DNA of 64,000 bases from Fimicolochytrium jonesii (lineage: Eukaryota). Position 1 is the stretch's first letter. Each line of letters starts with the position of its first letter. Positions 22,455 through 34,977 of this stretch are shown piece after piece. A program made the position numbers and the translations under genes. The notes beneath the pieces are model-generated. The model had not been told where the DNA came from and did no database searches. It saw only the letters and a program-made list of their open reading frames with translations. Location of the stretch: assembly GCF_025526975.1 (NCBI RefSeq), contig NW_026515675.1, forward strand, positions 434,001 to 498,000, read 5' to 3'.

Positions 22455-22854
22455 TGGTCCTCAGCTCCACGGTTGAACTGTTGATATTCGTTTTCCCACT
22501 ATAGTCCAGTGGACTTCCGATATAAGGCGGAGTTGACAGGTGCGGAAACCTGTCCCTACAGAACCGTCCTGGTAGTGAGAAAGTTCTCCAAAGGTTCAGA
22601 AATGTTGGTCCTGCGTTTGCTTTTGTAGAAGCGCTATTGAAGCCGAGCTGGTGTATGGTCGCGGTGGCGGTGATGGTGGTGATGGCTGGGATGGAGCACC
22701 AAACTGGCACAAAGGTCAAACGACAGCTGAGTCCTGACAGCTGGAGCAGTTGACGCTTTTGACCTTCAGTCTTTTCACTTTTGTGATGTGCGCAAGTGAA
22801 CAGCAAAAAGTCACCAAGGATCTATTCCTCCCCCTCAGCACGGCTCCCGTCGGG

Positions 22855-22928
22855 CATCCGCCATCGCCATCGTCTTCGGCATCGTCGGCATCGCCGGCAT
22901 CGCCATCGCCATCGCCATCGCCATCGTC
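22855..22928. repeat. Imperfect (CGCCAT)n hexanucleotide microsatellite
   Basis: Directly visible repeat between divergent genes. Confidence 0.85.
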
Positions 22929-22983
22929 TTAAGAGTGTCAATCCTGCGTTTTTGACGTCCACTTTTTCCCTCAAGGATACCGC

Positions 22984-24184
22984 ATGACACACGGGCAGTT
23001 GAGAGAAGGTTTTCCGATGCTCGCCGACTCACGACAACCAACCGACCTCCGTTCCGAAGTATCCGCAACCCAAACAGAGCTATCACGATGTCTCACCCAG
23101 GTAAACCTCAAACTCCTCACACCCATGCACAAAAACGCACCTAACAACAACCCACCGTCCACGCAGATAACATCCCTAAACCCGCCAACCCGTCTCGCTG
23201 GCTTCGCTGCCCTGCGCCAGATCCTAGAAAGCGAGGAGGATGAGGAGGCGTTCAGGGAGACGCAGCGGGTTTCGGAGTGTGAAGGTATGTATGTTTCGTG
23301 AAGTGACAGGCAACCACCCAAAACTAACAGGTCTTTCTTGTTGTCGGTTTTAAGTGATGCAAACCCTTCTGACCCTTCTGCAAAAGCATCTGCCAAAGCA
23401 TAGCCGTAGGTAGAACACTCTTTGTCCTGCCTCGCTTTGCACACACACTGATATCATTGACCACCCCAGACCCACCCCACCGCAACCACACGCCACAGAA
23501 CCCCTCGCTCTCCCTGCTCGCCCTCGACATCCTCCAAGGCGTCGCCCTCCGAGACGCTGCGTCGAAGAGTGTGGTTGGGCGGGGCGGGATGGAGGTTCGT
23601 TGTCCGTCACATGCGTCCCATGTATGCGGTGTCGCCAATGCAAACTGGGTCTTTTTTCCCGATAGACGCTCGCGACCTATGCACTGAGCCACACCGACGC
23701 ACTGACGGCAGCTGCGGCACTCGAGGCGATACAGTGTATCTTGGTCGACTCGTGCGTGAATCTGGAGGTACGTACCCCACGCCCCTTTCTCACCCGCCAG
23801 TTCGGCTTGGCTGACTGGAATGCCCTCTCTGTGGGGTTTTCCATCGCACATGAAAAAGATATTCGATACATCCCCGCACCTCCTCGCCATCTGCGCCCTG
23901 CTCAAACAAGCCGAGGTGCCTTTCCTCGTCAAGTAACGTCCATCCTTTCCCGTCCCTCTTTCCCAAAACACTTCCCCCTAACAAACCCATCTCATAATGC
24001 ATCTAGACGTAAATGCATCGAACTCCTCACCATCTATCTGTCCGCACCCCCGACAACAGAAGACACGCGCAACGACTCAGACCGACAGGAACGATGGGTG
24101 GGGAAGCAGGGGGAGAGACAGGCGAGGGTGGCACGGGTGTTGGGGCAGGGGTTTGTGAGGCGGTTGGGGGGCGGGGTGGGCTGA
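22984..24184 (+). CDS. Septation-initiation-network Cdc14-like protein (S. pombe Cdc14 family, not the phosphatase), multi-exon
   Basis: LALDILQGVAL, ALEAIQCILVDSCVNLE and RRKCIELLTIYL resemble this family's motifs; exon structure and start are uncertain. Confidence 0.6.
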
Positions 24185-24463
24185 GTTCGGTGCGACAAGT
24201 CGGGACATTGGGGAAAGTGGAGCGGGATGAATTTTTGGGATGACTCTTTTTTTACATTTGGTAAGAAAGGCAGCAGAAAAAAGTATGATGTTGGCGACGG
24301 GGGGAAACAAATAACCCGTCAGGTTATGCAGGGTATCTGCGATTGCATGATAGCTTGAGGGATCACGGACGCAAAGAGTGGGGGAGGATCAATGTATATT
24401 CCTATGCGCTGTTGGGTCGAATAGCTATGAACTAGATTTCCAATGCTTCGGGGATCGACCTAA

Positions 24464-27400
24464 TCAGAATCCAGAGGAGGAGGACATGTCGACCAGTTGA
24501 CGGGCATCGATCCCGAGTCCGAGCGCGTTGAGGAACAAGTTGACATTCGCAAGGGATTTAGGGTCATCGGTGCGGCGAGCTGTTTCCAGAACCTTGTCCC
24601 TGAATTATGGCGAATGTAAGGCTCCTGCACGGAGATGCATTTTCCAACGACGGGAAACCCACCTGACTTCCGTCAAAAGAACTCTCTGGTGATCAACGGT
24701 AGTTGCGCCTACCGCGAGTGCAGCGAGGAACTGCCACACATACACATCTCCAGCATAGATGTTGCTGCTGTTATTACCGTTGCTGAATGAGTTCGATGCG
24801 TTGCTGACGGAGGACGGGAAGAGGTTCGCAAAGCTGTTGTGCAGGGACGCGAAGAGGAAGTTGTATATTTCCGTCCTGTGATGGGAAGGGAGCGGGGTTA
24901 GAAATGATATTATCAACAACGATTGCTTTGTGGGCAACGTACCACATGCTCAACTCCTGCTCAGCGACTTGGAATCCTTGCGGTCCGCCCGCGCCTTGCT
25001 TGACCATCTCGGCACGACTCAAAAACATCGTCAAGAATGCCAGTCCAGGCTTCGTCTTTGCAACCCACACCATGTTGTGACGCTCCAGTATGATCCGCAT
25101 GCAAGCGTTAACGACAAAGAGCGGGAGGTCCATGACGATCGTAACAACGGTGGGAACGACATTGCCCATGAAGAGCTCGAGATCGTCCGGGGTGTAATTT
25201 GGCTTACAGACGTCGAGCGATTCGAGACGGGCCAAGATGGTCGTGATCACTGCAAGAGCATGTTCGCGAGGAAGGAAACGGAACACTCGTGGAAACACTT
25301 TTTTGCCCTTGGCGTACGACAAGAAGGCCGCTAACGGGTGTGGATAGTTGAGTGGAACGGGCTCCGCGACTCCAAGAATTCGCCATAGCCCATTGGTCAG
25401 GTTGCTGATTTTGGCGTGGTATGCCTCAGTCTCTTCCTCAACATTTTCGCCATCGGTTGGCGGTCCTTGGCGCTTGAGGACTTCAAGCTCCAACACGTCA
25501 GAATATGCCTTCTCAATTTGCTTGAGAACTTGTTTGGGCGTGTGGTGCGCAGATTTTGGCGCAGGGTTGGCGTCCTATGTGTCAACAGTGTGAGGACCAG
25601 GCTTATAATCTTTCAATGCGGAGCCACATACCTTGTTCTCCTTTCCTGCACTATCAACTTGCAAAATCTGACGCGGATTCCGCACGGAACTCAGTGCGAT
25701 TTTGCCAAGCGCGCCCTCAAGCGACACTGAAGAAGTTGTGTTGCCATTCGTGAGTTTGAGCTTCCTCAATGTAAAAAAGCTTGGAGCACAGCTTACATGA
25801 ATTGCCCTTGGCCTTTTGCTTCCTTCCCTCGATGAGACGCTGCATCTGCTGCTGCATCTTGTTGGTAGCATTGGATCCCGGCGCACGAGTTTGGTCCATC
25901 AACAGCGACTGCTGCCAGTTCAAGCCCCCTTTCGCTGATTTGCCAGCATTGGCAGATGTAGCGTCGGCATCCTCTTGATTCTGGTTAGCGGAGGTCAAAG
26001 ACTTGTACACGATGTAGTAGAAATCATCTCGGTATGGGTTGTCGGTGACCAGTTGCGAGATTTGAATCTTGGCGATCAACTCTTTCTCACGCTGGGTCAT
26101 TGTGCCACGGTACTTCTCCTGATGTTCCGAGCGAATACAGTACATTACGTGAGAAAAGGTATCTCTATCGCACCAGGAAAGGAGGCTTCGTTACACGCAC
26201 CTCACGAGTACGGATGTCAGGTCTTCGGTCAACGAACTGTCCTCGCTGCTGCTGCTGATCATATCTTCCATACCCCTGCTGATTGAACTGCTGCTGCTGT
26301 TGATGTTGATGCTGGTGCTGTGGACTGCCCATCGGTCCTCGTTGCTGAGGAGGCAGGAAATGACCAAGCTGCATAGGGGATCGCTGTTGTTGTTGTCCAC
26401 GATTCTCATTGTCGACATATTGAAACTGTCGCTCACGCTGCTGCTGTTGAAGCTGTTGCTGCTGTTGTTGGATTTGCTGAGGACTGTTGTTGCGATTTGG
26501 GGGTTGTTGTTGATAAACATTACTCATTGGCAACCTGCCATCAGGGTGTGCCTGCCGTTCGGCCAACGGTTGACCATATTGCTGCTGCTGACGATACTGC
26601 GGCCCCTGTTGGGGGATCGGATACGCCGGCCCTTGTTGAGGGCGAGCACCACCTTCTCGCTGGGCACGCATGAGAGCTTCAATCTCCTCTACGCTTCTCA
26701 GGCGGGGATCCATTTGAGGTTGAGCGTATCCCTGAAGCCTTGCGTTATCCAATGCTCCACCACCCATTTGAGGCCCCGGACCACCCTGCATGTGTGGTGG
26801 AACGTCTGGCCTTGCGCTGAGACGCTGCCTTCGCATCTGTGCCTCCAACTCCTCCAACGTTACCGGTCGAGCCACTGTCCCATAATGCGATGAGGGATGG
26901 GGCTGCGTCTGGACGTGATGCTGCTGTTGGTCTTTCGGGGCAAATAACACGGAGGTGTCAGTGACGACGCTGATATTGTAAAGCAGTATTGTATCGGTTC
27001 GCCATACCGCGACTCGGGCCAGCATTGTTCTCTTTTCCCCAAATCTCCGCTAGGCTTTCCCTGTTCTGGAAGGTACCTCAGTTAGCATTTCCTTCAACAG
27101 CACATTCAGAGAACCAAACCTACCAGCTCAGACGGTCTTCGCGGGACTTCATCGGGCATATCGTTCGAATACAGCTGATGACTTGAATCATGATATGCGC
27201 CATGCACAGGTTGTTGTCTCTCAGACGGCCGTCCTGCAGTTAAGAACGGATTGAGTCGTTATCGCGCTATATCTCTTCAGAAGGACTAGGATCACACACG
27301 TTGCTCCATCGGGAATGCGCCCTCGCTGCGCAAAGCGCCTCCTGCCGCGAAATCGAAGTCTTGGCCTGCAAGGGTGTCAAAGACGCCTCGTTAGTAGGAG

Positions 27401-27771
27401 CGGACACGGGAAAGCCAGTACGGTCAGGGGAGGATGCAATGCAACAACTCACCAACGTTCTCCACCGCGGCACTACCACCGAACGTCTCATCGTTCAAAG
27501 ACTCGTTGTCGTCTTCTAGGCCTTGCAAGGCCGTATCCCCTTCTAACCCTACATCGGCTGGATCTCCGTAGGCATACTTCTGTTCCATCAGCTCGTCCAC
27601 TCGCGATGCATTCCCATCCGTCAGGGGGTTGCCGCTGACATCATCTTCTAAGCTCCCACCGAGCTCGTCCCCAAAAGTATCGTCATTCGTATATGCTGAT
27701 GGCTGCTGCTGCTGGCGTCGTCCAGTGTCCCGGCCGGGAAGAGCCGTATTGAAGCCAAAGAAGGAGGCCAT
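24464..27771 (-). CDS. PAT1: mRNA decay factor Pat1, multi-exon
   Basis: MASFFGFNT, LNDETFG/GQDFDF, MTQREKELIAKIQISQL..NPYRDDFYY, GALGKI..SSVRNPRQIL, VWQFLAALA, NVNLFLNALGL. Confidence 0.95.
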
Positions 27772-28217
27772 GTTTGAGCACGGTGGCAGTCTCGTCTCAA
27801 AGCGAATCTGCTTCGGGTTTCACACCGTTTGGAAGCGGTGGGCACGAACAAGTGAGGCCAGTCGCAGAAAGTAAATTGATACTACTAACTTTCACTGCGG
27901 TTTGTTAGAAGCGGAGCGGAAGATGTCGAAGCATTTGGGGGCGGGGAAACAGTGCAACAGTCTTCTCGCTCCACATCCTCAGATCCGTTCGTTACATGTT
28001 ATGAAACGTTTTTTTGCTCAGGACGTTTTGTTACAAACAGCTCGGCGTCTCATGCGGGTCAGATGTGGGTCAGATGTCGGTTGGGCAATGTGGACCAGCA
28101 CAGCGCAGAGTATCGCAGCGAGATAGGCCTCTGTGCATGTATACAGTACTGTACAGTAGAAGCACAGACTAGTCATAGTAGTACCGCCCGGCAAAGCAAG
28201 CCTCAAGGACAACCATC

Positions 28218-29019
28218 ATGAAGCTGTACTATTCGCCCACGTCCCCTTATGTCAGGAAGGTGGTCATCCTCATCCACGAGCTGGGCCTGCAAGATCAAGT
28301 AGCCATCCAGCGAGTGTCCATCATAGGACCGGTTCCAGGCGGAGGCCCCGATACACCGCTAGTTCGGTCTTCAAATCCGTTGTCGAAGGTCCCCGTCTTG
28401 CTCCTTCCCGATTCCACCGCGCTGTTCGATAGTCGGGTGAGTGGTGTAGCACATGCTCTGCAACCGTTGCGCCCGCCCTGCTGCTTGACTTGTTTCCGGA
28501 AATAGGTCATCTGCGAATACTTGAACTCCGTTGCCAACGGTGGATTCTTTCCTCCTAATGGCCCCAAGCGTTGGTCCGCTCTGACGCTGCAGGCCCTTGC
28601 CGATGGGATTATGGACGCATCAGTTCTGGTCGCTATCGAAAACAGGACGACTATCCGGCCGGCTGAAAAGTAGGGAGAACGTGGTATCTCTCTCGTCGCT
28701 CGAGTGTTTATACTCAGCATAGCGCACTCAATGAATCTTTCCATGATGGTGTTTTCGCAGGTTTCATCAGCCCTGGGTGGACACGCAGAAAGGCAAGATC
28801 ATAGTAGCGTTGGACTCACTCGAATCATCCGTCGCAAAGCTTGGATCAGCCGATGGGGAGCTCACCATCGGGGAGGTAGCGGTCCTGTGCGCGTTGGAGT
28901 ATTTGGACTTGCGGGTTCCTGACGTCGAGTGGCGAAAAGGGAGGGAAGGTTTGGCGGCATGGGCGGAGGCCGTTGGTAAGCGTCCCGCGATGGTCCTCTC
29001 TAGGCCACCTTCAGAGTGA
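28218..29019 (+). CDS. Glutathione S-transferase of bacterial YibF-like type, 3 exons
   Basis: MKLYYSPTSPYVRKV, NPLSKVPVL, FDSR|VICEYL, QALADGIMDA, CALEYLDLR; exons 28218-28436, 28506-28669, 28761-29019. Confidence 0.92.
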
Positions 29020-29305
29020 GATGTCACGTTTGGGATGACGAGGTAGATATCTGTAGGTGCCTTCAGAGTTGAGCGCTGGCGTTTTCTTTTTGCCAGTCGG
29101 AGAGCATCCAAGAGTTCCCGCGTCTTCCTGCGTCAACAAGGGTGCCGAGGCACTGCATACAAACGTCAGATAGCACCATAGATACGCTCAAAACCGTCCT
29201 GTTCATCATCTAGTCAAAATTGATACAAGCACAAAAAGATACAAAATAAATAAAGTAGGTATCGCTGGAAGCAATAACCGGGCGAGGCCTAGGTGGTCTC
29301 TGCCT

Positions 29306-30939
29306 CTAGATATGTAACAGCGTGAAGACCACTGGCGCGACCTCCACGGCGATCCATCCGATTCCGCAGTATACAATCAGCTTGGATGCAATGTCGACGT
29401 CGTAGCGCGGAAGCCTGAATCGCATGGCTTCGGTTTGTGAAAGGTGTAATAGGGAAGGTGCAAAGCTGACGTGCTCCGACGGGATGGAGTTGTAGTCCCT
29501 GGAAAGTCAAAGACAGGAGATGTCAGGTTCAGTGTGTGATGAAGTGTGGATGCCATTGCTCCATCCGTATCGTACTTGTCTGCAAGAGAAAAGAACTTTC
29601 TTCCAAAAGGAAGGGCTAGGAGTCGATATAGGGGCGGTAAGATCTTGTAGCATATCCGCTTTGTGACGACTCGCCATACAACGATCAGCCCTATGCCTGT
29701 CGAAACGAGTCCAGACATCAGTACAAGGATCCGATGTGCGAGGACCAACACAACGCACAAGGGAGCTTACCGCAAGTCAGGCGTTCCAGAACGAGCAGGA
29801 CCACATGTGAGTTTGGCGTTGGAGGGGGAACGGGGTTGTACATCGACCAGTGCCAGTTTCCGATCAAGAGGCCTCCGAGGGTGCCGACAAAGGCAACAGA
29901 GTCGTCGAAACAGGGACATGGGCCCTCAGGATCCGGGTGAATGCTTATCAGGATGACACAGAGTGGAACTACCGCCAGAGGAACTACGATGAACGGAACG
30001 TTAGTTCTTCATGGCGAAAGATATACCTGGACAGCAAGTGCCTACCCGTCCAGCTTGTCATCAGCCATTCCTCCATAGGCTCCACAATCCACCACCAATG
30101 CACCAACACAAGTCCCACGCCAATGATCGCCCCACCCACGATATCCACCACCGTGTGCATGCCAGTCAGCAATCTCGAAAGTGCGATCAGCGCTGCGTAG
30201 GTTGCCAATGCGTAATATACAAATGTCTGTCCAGATTCGGACCAGCCGTCGGCGATATATCTATGGAAGTGAAGCGCTGTATAAAGCGATAACGAGACTG
30301 CGTTGGCGGTGTGCGTGGATGGGAAACCGTATTCCACATCGATCGAGGCTGATGTGGATAACCGGATCACCGGAGGAGCCAAAGGGCGAGGGAGACCCAG
30401 CCAGTCCTATTGGGAAGTTATTGTGTCTAAGTCAAGATGTGTTGTCCCAGCGACGCAATTGCCTGTGTACGCACCTTCATCGCTCCAGATACGTAAACCC
30501 CTGCAGCCAGGAGGACAACCAGAGACCGTCCATAGACCCTGTTCACGTCCACACTTTGTCCATGTATCTCCAGAGTGTTCCCGCTTTCGAACCAAAACAA
30601 GCAAGGCAGACCGAGCAAGAAGGCGGTGTGGGTGCCCAGAGCTCCCAAGTACTTGAAAAAGGCATCGACGGGACGGCAGCGGATTTTCGCTTGCAACGCT
30701 GCAATAACGTGTGTTTCCCACAGAATGCACGGCAAGAGGACATTCCGTATGGCCGTTTTGAGCTTGCCATGAGAGACACCTCCCGATACCGAGTTCAAGG
30801 GGTCCGTCGCATGAGCAGCCGGACTGGTGTTGTACGGAGGCTTTGGCTCTTCCAGACGTTGGCTTGACCTATCTGTCACCCCTGATCTCTGGGACGGCGG
30901 AGAGCTTTTATTGGCTTTGTGTCGCTGTTTGAGGTCCAT
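29306..30939 (-). CDS. LCB3: Sphingoid long-chain base 1-phosphate phosphatase (PAP2 family, LCB3/YSR3-like), multi-exon
   Basis: FFKYLGALGTHTAF, EYGFPSTHTANA, SRLLTGMHTVVDIVGG, PRYDVDIASKLIVYCGIGW. Confidence 0.88.
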
Positions 30940-31735
30940 GACTGCAGACTTCTAAGCTGGAGGCGGGGGGCGCCAACCACGGAGGAACCGAGCAAGCGTC
31001 CACCGTAGTTCTCAGGAGGGAGCTTGCCGACAGGCCGTGGCCGAAGCATGCAATGCAAATTCAAATACTCCTCTCAGTCTCCACCGACGCACTGGCGGAA
31101 AGAGGGCTTGAGGGCTTGGAGGCATAAGCCCACATAAGGGACTTACTGCGCCGCTATTAATTAATCGTGGACACCGTCTCGTCTCTCCCCTCACTGACCA
31201 GACTGACGCAGAGACGCCCAGAGCTTCATCCAACCACTCAACAGCAGCTTTGCCCATATTGGGTTCAATCTTCTTCCAAGAACTTGCGGGTAGAAAGCTC
31301 GAACAAGGGTGTGCTCTGATTGTCTCGCGTCTTGGGTTCCCGTTCTCGTTCCAGAGCCTCCTCGTAGTTGTTTGACTAGAGCAGCGGCGGACGGGCCATC
31401 CTAGACATCAACTTCACCTATCCGACCCCTAACCAAGCGCCCGCGGGCTGGTGCGCAAACCGCTAGCAAATTGGAAAGATGTATCACGGGAAACGCAGGC
31501 GGCGATGCAGGAGCATGAAGCCATCGTGTTATCACCACCACACCTGAGCAGCGGAGTCCCCAGCACCTGGGCCCGTATTTCGGGAAGCCGGGTTAGGAGT
31601 AGATGCGCTTAATGATCAAGTTCGTCATTCAGTGCAATGTCTGTTGTATAATACCAAATACAAAAGGAGATGAATGATAAACCAGCTATACTTTTAGTAT
31701 CTCCAACTTTCAAATGCTTATAAGGAAACTACAGC

Positions 31736-33565
31736 TCAAGCCGACGCCGACATCTGCTGGGAGCTCTGCGCCTTCTTCCAGTCCATTTCCGCTACGTCCT
31801 GGGCCACATATTGTGTTTTCAGTTCCTCTACCTCTCGTGCCAAGATGCGGCTCTGCGTCGCTGCCCTGTCCGCCAACTGTGACAGATGATGAAAAAGAAA
31901 AAGATTTGAATTTAGTGCTTTGCACGCGCAACCGCGTAACTAGGAGACGCATACCTCGTCCGCCAACTCTCGGTTCCTTGGTGTCAATTGATCCTTAAGC
32001 ATGTTGACCCGGCTGCTGGCCTCGGTCATGGCGCGGAGAACGACGCCGAGCTGGTTGGGAAGCCATGTGACGATGGGCGAGCCCCCGGTTGCGATGGGGT
32101 GCTTGGTGTTCTTGAGGATGTACGTTTTGGTGAAGCTGGGGGTGAGAGGCGGGGAGACAATCAGTTCCACGGCTCATCAGATTGGGGAAAAGCAAAAGGT
32201 ATGCAACTCACTTCCAATGACGGGCACGGAAATCACGAAGTTGGTCCAGGAGACTTAAGTAGAGAACTATACGGAGGCAAAAGGGTTCGGACCTATTCGC
32301 TTCACTCCGAAAGGGATGACTGTTCACATACCGGCCGAGTTGGCATCCTCCAGTGCGTATCCCTTGACGTTTACCTCTTTCGCCTTTGATTCAAGCCAAC
32401 TGAGCCACATGGTGTGGTTCTCAGGCCTGTAGCTCCTGAAATCCCGCAGGATGTCCGTCAGGGCGTTCTGGGGCATGTTTTCGGTGACCATGAGGAAGTT
32501 GTCCAACGAAGGAACAATACTATCATTTGCGCCGCTCTCCCCTCGGTAGAAGGTAGGGGTCTCTGATACGCCCTCGTAGACCACGCCCTCGGGGAACATC
32601 GGCTATTTCAGTAGAAATTGAACGTAAATAACGGAATCTCTGTTATGTGGACCGGTCTGACGACTCTGCTAACGTACCTGGTTCTTCGTACCCATGATGA
32701 AGGTTCTGAACTTTGTATAGTCAGCGGGTGAGCTCCGGAGCCACATCGTTTCCATCTCTCCATTGATCTTGGACATAGTCATGTTGAGTTTATGGAGATG
32801 CTCGTTGAAACTCGTGCGGTCGTTGCTGGGGATTGCATTCAGCGCTCCAAGAGTGTGTCGGACCTGCGAGCCACTATGCGCAACCATTGCAACGTGGACC
32901 AAAATGAAACCGTGCTCGGAAGGCATACCCGAGAAGCCCCGAATCAGCGCAAGGTTGTCGTACTCGAGGCTCTTCGATGGGTCCACCCGCTTGTAGTTGT
33001 AGAGGGAATACGAGGTGGCATATTCCATGAATGGCTTCATGTGCAGCTTTGCCGCAACCTGCGTCATCGGAACCGCGATCGACTTTGGCAGGCGCGACCG
33101 GCCCAAGCCGTAATCTTGCTTCTTCCGGTAGAAGATGTCGCAGGGCTCCAAAAGATAGGCGCTGGCGAGGAATGTGTAATCGCGGAAAAGAGCATGAAGT
33201 AAGCGTGGGTCCTGAATGTTGCTCACATCGTATAACGGGAGTTCATTTTCTACTGCGGCGCCAAGCTGTCCTGTGGCGAGGAGGCCAGGCTGTTTGGTAT
33301 CGGTTCGAGTCAAGGGCATGCGGTTTAGAAGATCTTCCAGCTTTTCGAATTCCGCAGGAAGCTTCTTGATGGGGTCGTTAATGGGCAGGAATCCATTTTC
33401 AGCTGTGATAATGAACTCCGATGGCGCGGAAGACGTTGGAAAGCCGCCGATGGGTGCTGCTCGGCCGGTGGCACTCTGGACCGTGGCGAGGCAACGGATG
33501 AGGTTCGGCCGCCTCAATGGCTGGGCCATAGAGCACAGAGCCGAACAGCGGCGAGCGAGAAGCAT
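31736..33565 (-). CDS. Indoleamine 2,3-dioxygenase family protein (fungal IDO-gamma-like), multi-exon
   Basis: NGFLP, FRDYTFLASAYLLEP, PFMEYA.SY.LYNY, EHGFILVHV, FRTFIMG, RGESGANDS, ATGGSPIVTWLPNQL. Confidence 0.93.
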
Positions 33566-34977
33566 GCTGAATAGAGTGAGTGGGAGTGCAAATAAGCGAT
33601 GATGTGTTGGACAAGCGCTGGACAAAATATGAGGAGCGGCGAATGTCTAAGTTGGGAGAAAGGGCATGCGGGTCCAGTCCGTCCTCATATATTTACGATC
33701 CCCAAGTCTGTTTTTTTCGAACTGGGATCCGTTACTGATGCGTTTATGCCCTTTGGGCCGCCTACAAGCGAGGTCACTTGGTCAACAATGATCACGACTG
33801 TTTGGTTATTTTCGGACTTGTTCCATGTCCACAGCACATATCAGATGGCCACATGAAAAAAAAAGGAGGGCTGGCGTTCGGCGATAGTAGCCCCTAGATC
33901 TCGCCACTGAGCAGATTCCAGAACTGTGATATTACTGTATTACTGTTCCCCACTCCACTTACCCCACAGCATGTCACGCTCTTGTGGCATCGGACGCGTC
34001 GACGCGTGACCGGCCAAACAAAGCCCAAGTCCGAACTTCCAAAGCCGCTCACACAGAAAAAAAAGATGCCTCCGTCATTTGATGATCGGCGGTGTTGGAG
34101 GCCCAATAAATCAAGCTGAAAGTCACCCGAGACTCCGAGACAACCTGAAGGGCAGCTGACGATCTGCACACTATTGCGGCCAGCCATGGCATTCAGTCTC
34201 AGCCATGGCATTTCTTTTGTGTTTGGCTGGATTGGTGCTACTCCAAAAGTGCTGCTCCGACAGCCATGGCATCTGCTTATAGATATTAGGCTGGCAGCCA
34301 TGGCGTTGGCCCTGATTGCGTGCTCCTGAGAATTCGTCAATTCTGATATCAATTGCAGTTGCGTTGGGCAATTGTGAGAAGTACCCTGTACCCTGTGCGA
34401 TCTGGAACAAGCAGAAGTCCATCTTTGACGGCGATCGGCCGGATGCTATGAACATTTCAGGAGGAAGAAGGCGGCGCAACTCCGTACTGCTTACCACGTT
34501 TCAGTGTCCAGACTACCTGCCGGGTGCTCTGGCAGACCAACTCCATAAACACCAACCAGCACCATACCACCCGCAGCCATCATTGACTCGACAGCCATCA
34601 TTGGAGGAAATGTATTGCCCCGCAGCAGAGGATGAAAGCGGTAGCAATAGAGGTGATTAGCCTATTAGATCTAGAGTAATTCATTCGCAGGTGCAATAGT
34701 GATCCATTGGAATATTGCTCGTGTGTGTATCATAGAGTGTGCGTATTGAGTCAGCCAATACAACGGCAGTCCCATAGTCAAGGGAGTCAAGGGTGCGTCT
34801 CTGTTTGCCTGTCGGCGGTGGCTGTGCAGGCTGATGTGACGAGCGCGTGTCGGCCCTTCGCTCTACGTGGCATCTTCCTTGGCATTTGCCCCCAGGCTGA
34901 ACAGAACAAAACCCAAGTGGTGTCGCATTCAACAGCGGTCGGGCGAATAGTAACCTGTCCTCCCGGCCCTCTATCAA

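Noticed and set aside
28218..33565. GST, lipid phosphatase and IDO as a metabolic gene cluster
   Set aside because: No shared pathway or backbone biosynthetic enzyme; neighbours are unrelated housekeeping genes
34181..34305. CRISPR-like reading of the CAGCCATGGC repeats
   Set aside because: Repeats only 10-12 bp, irregular spacers, eukaryotic context, no cas genes
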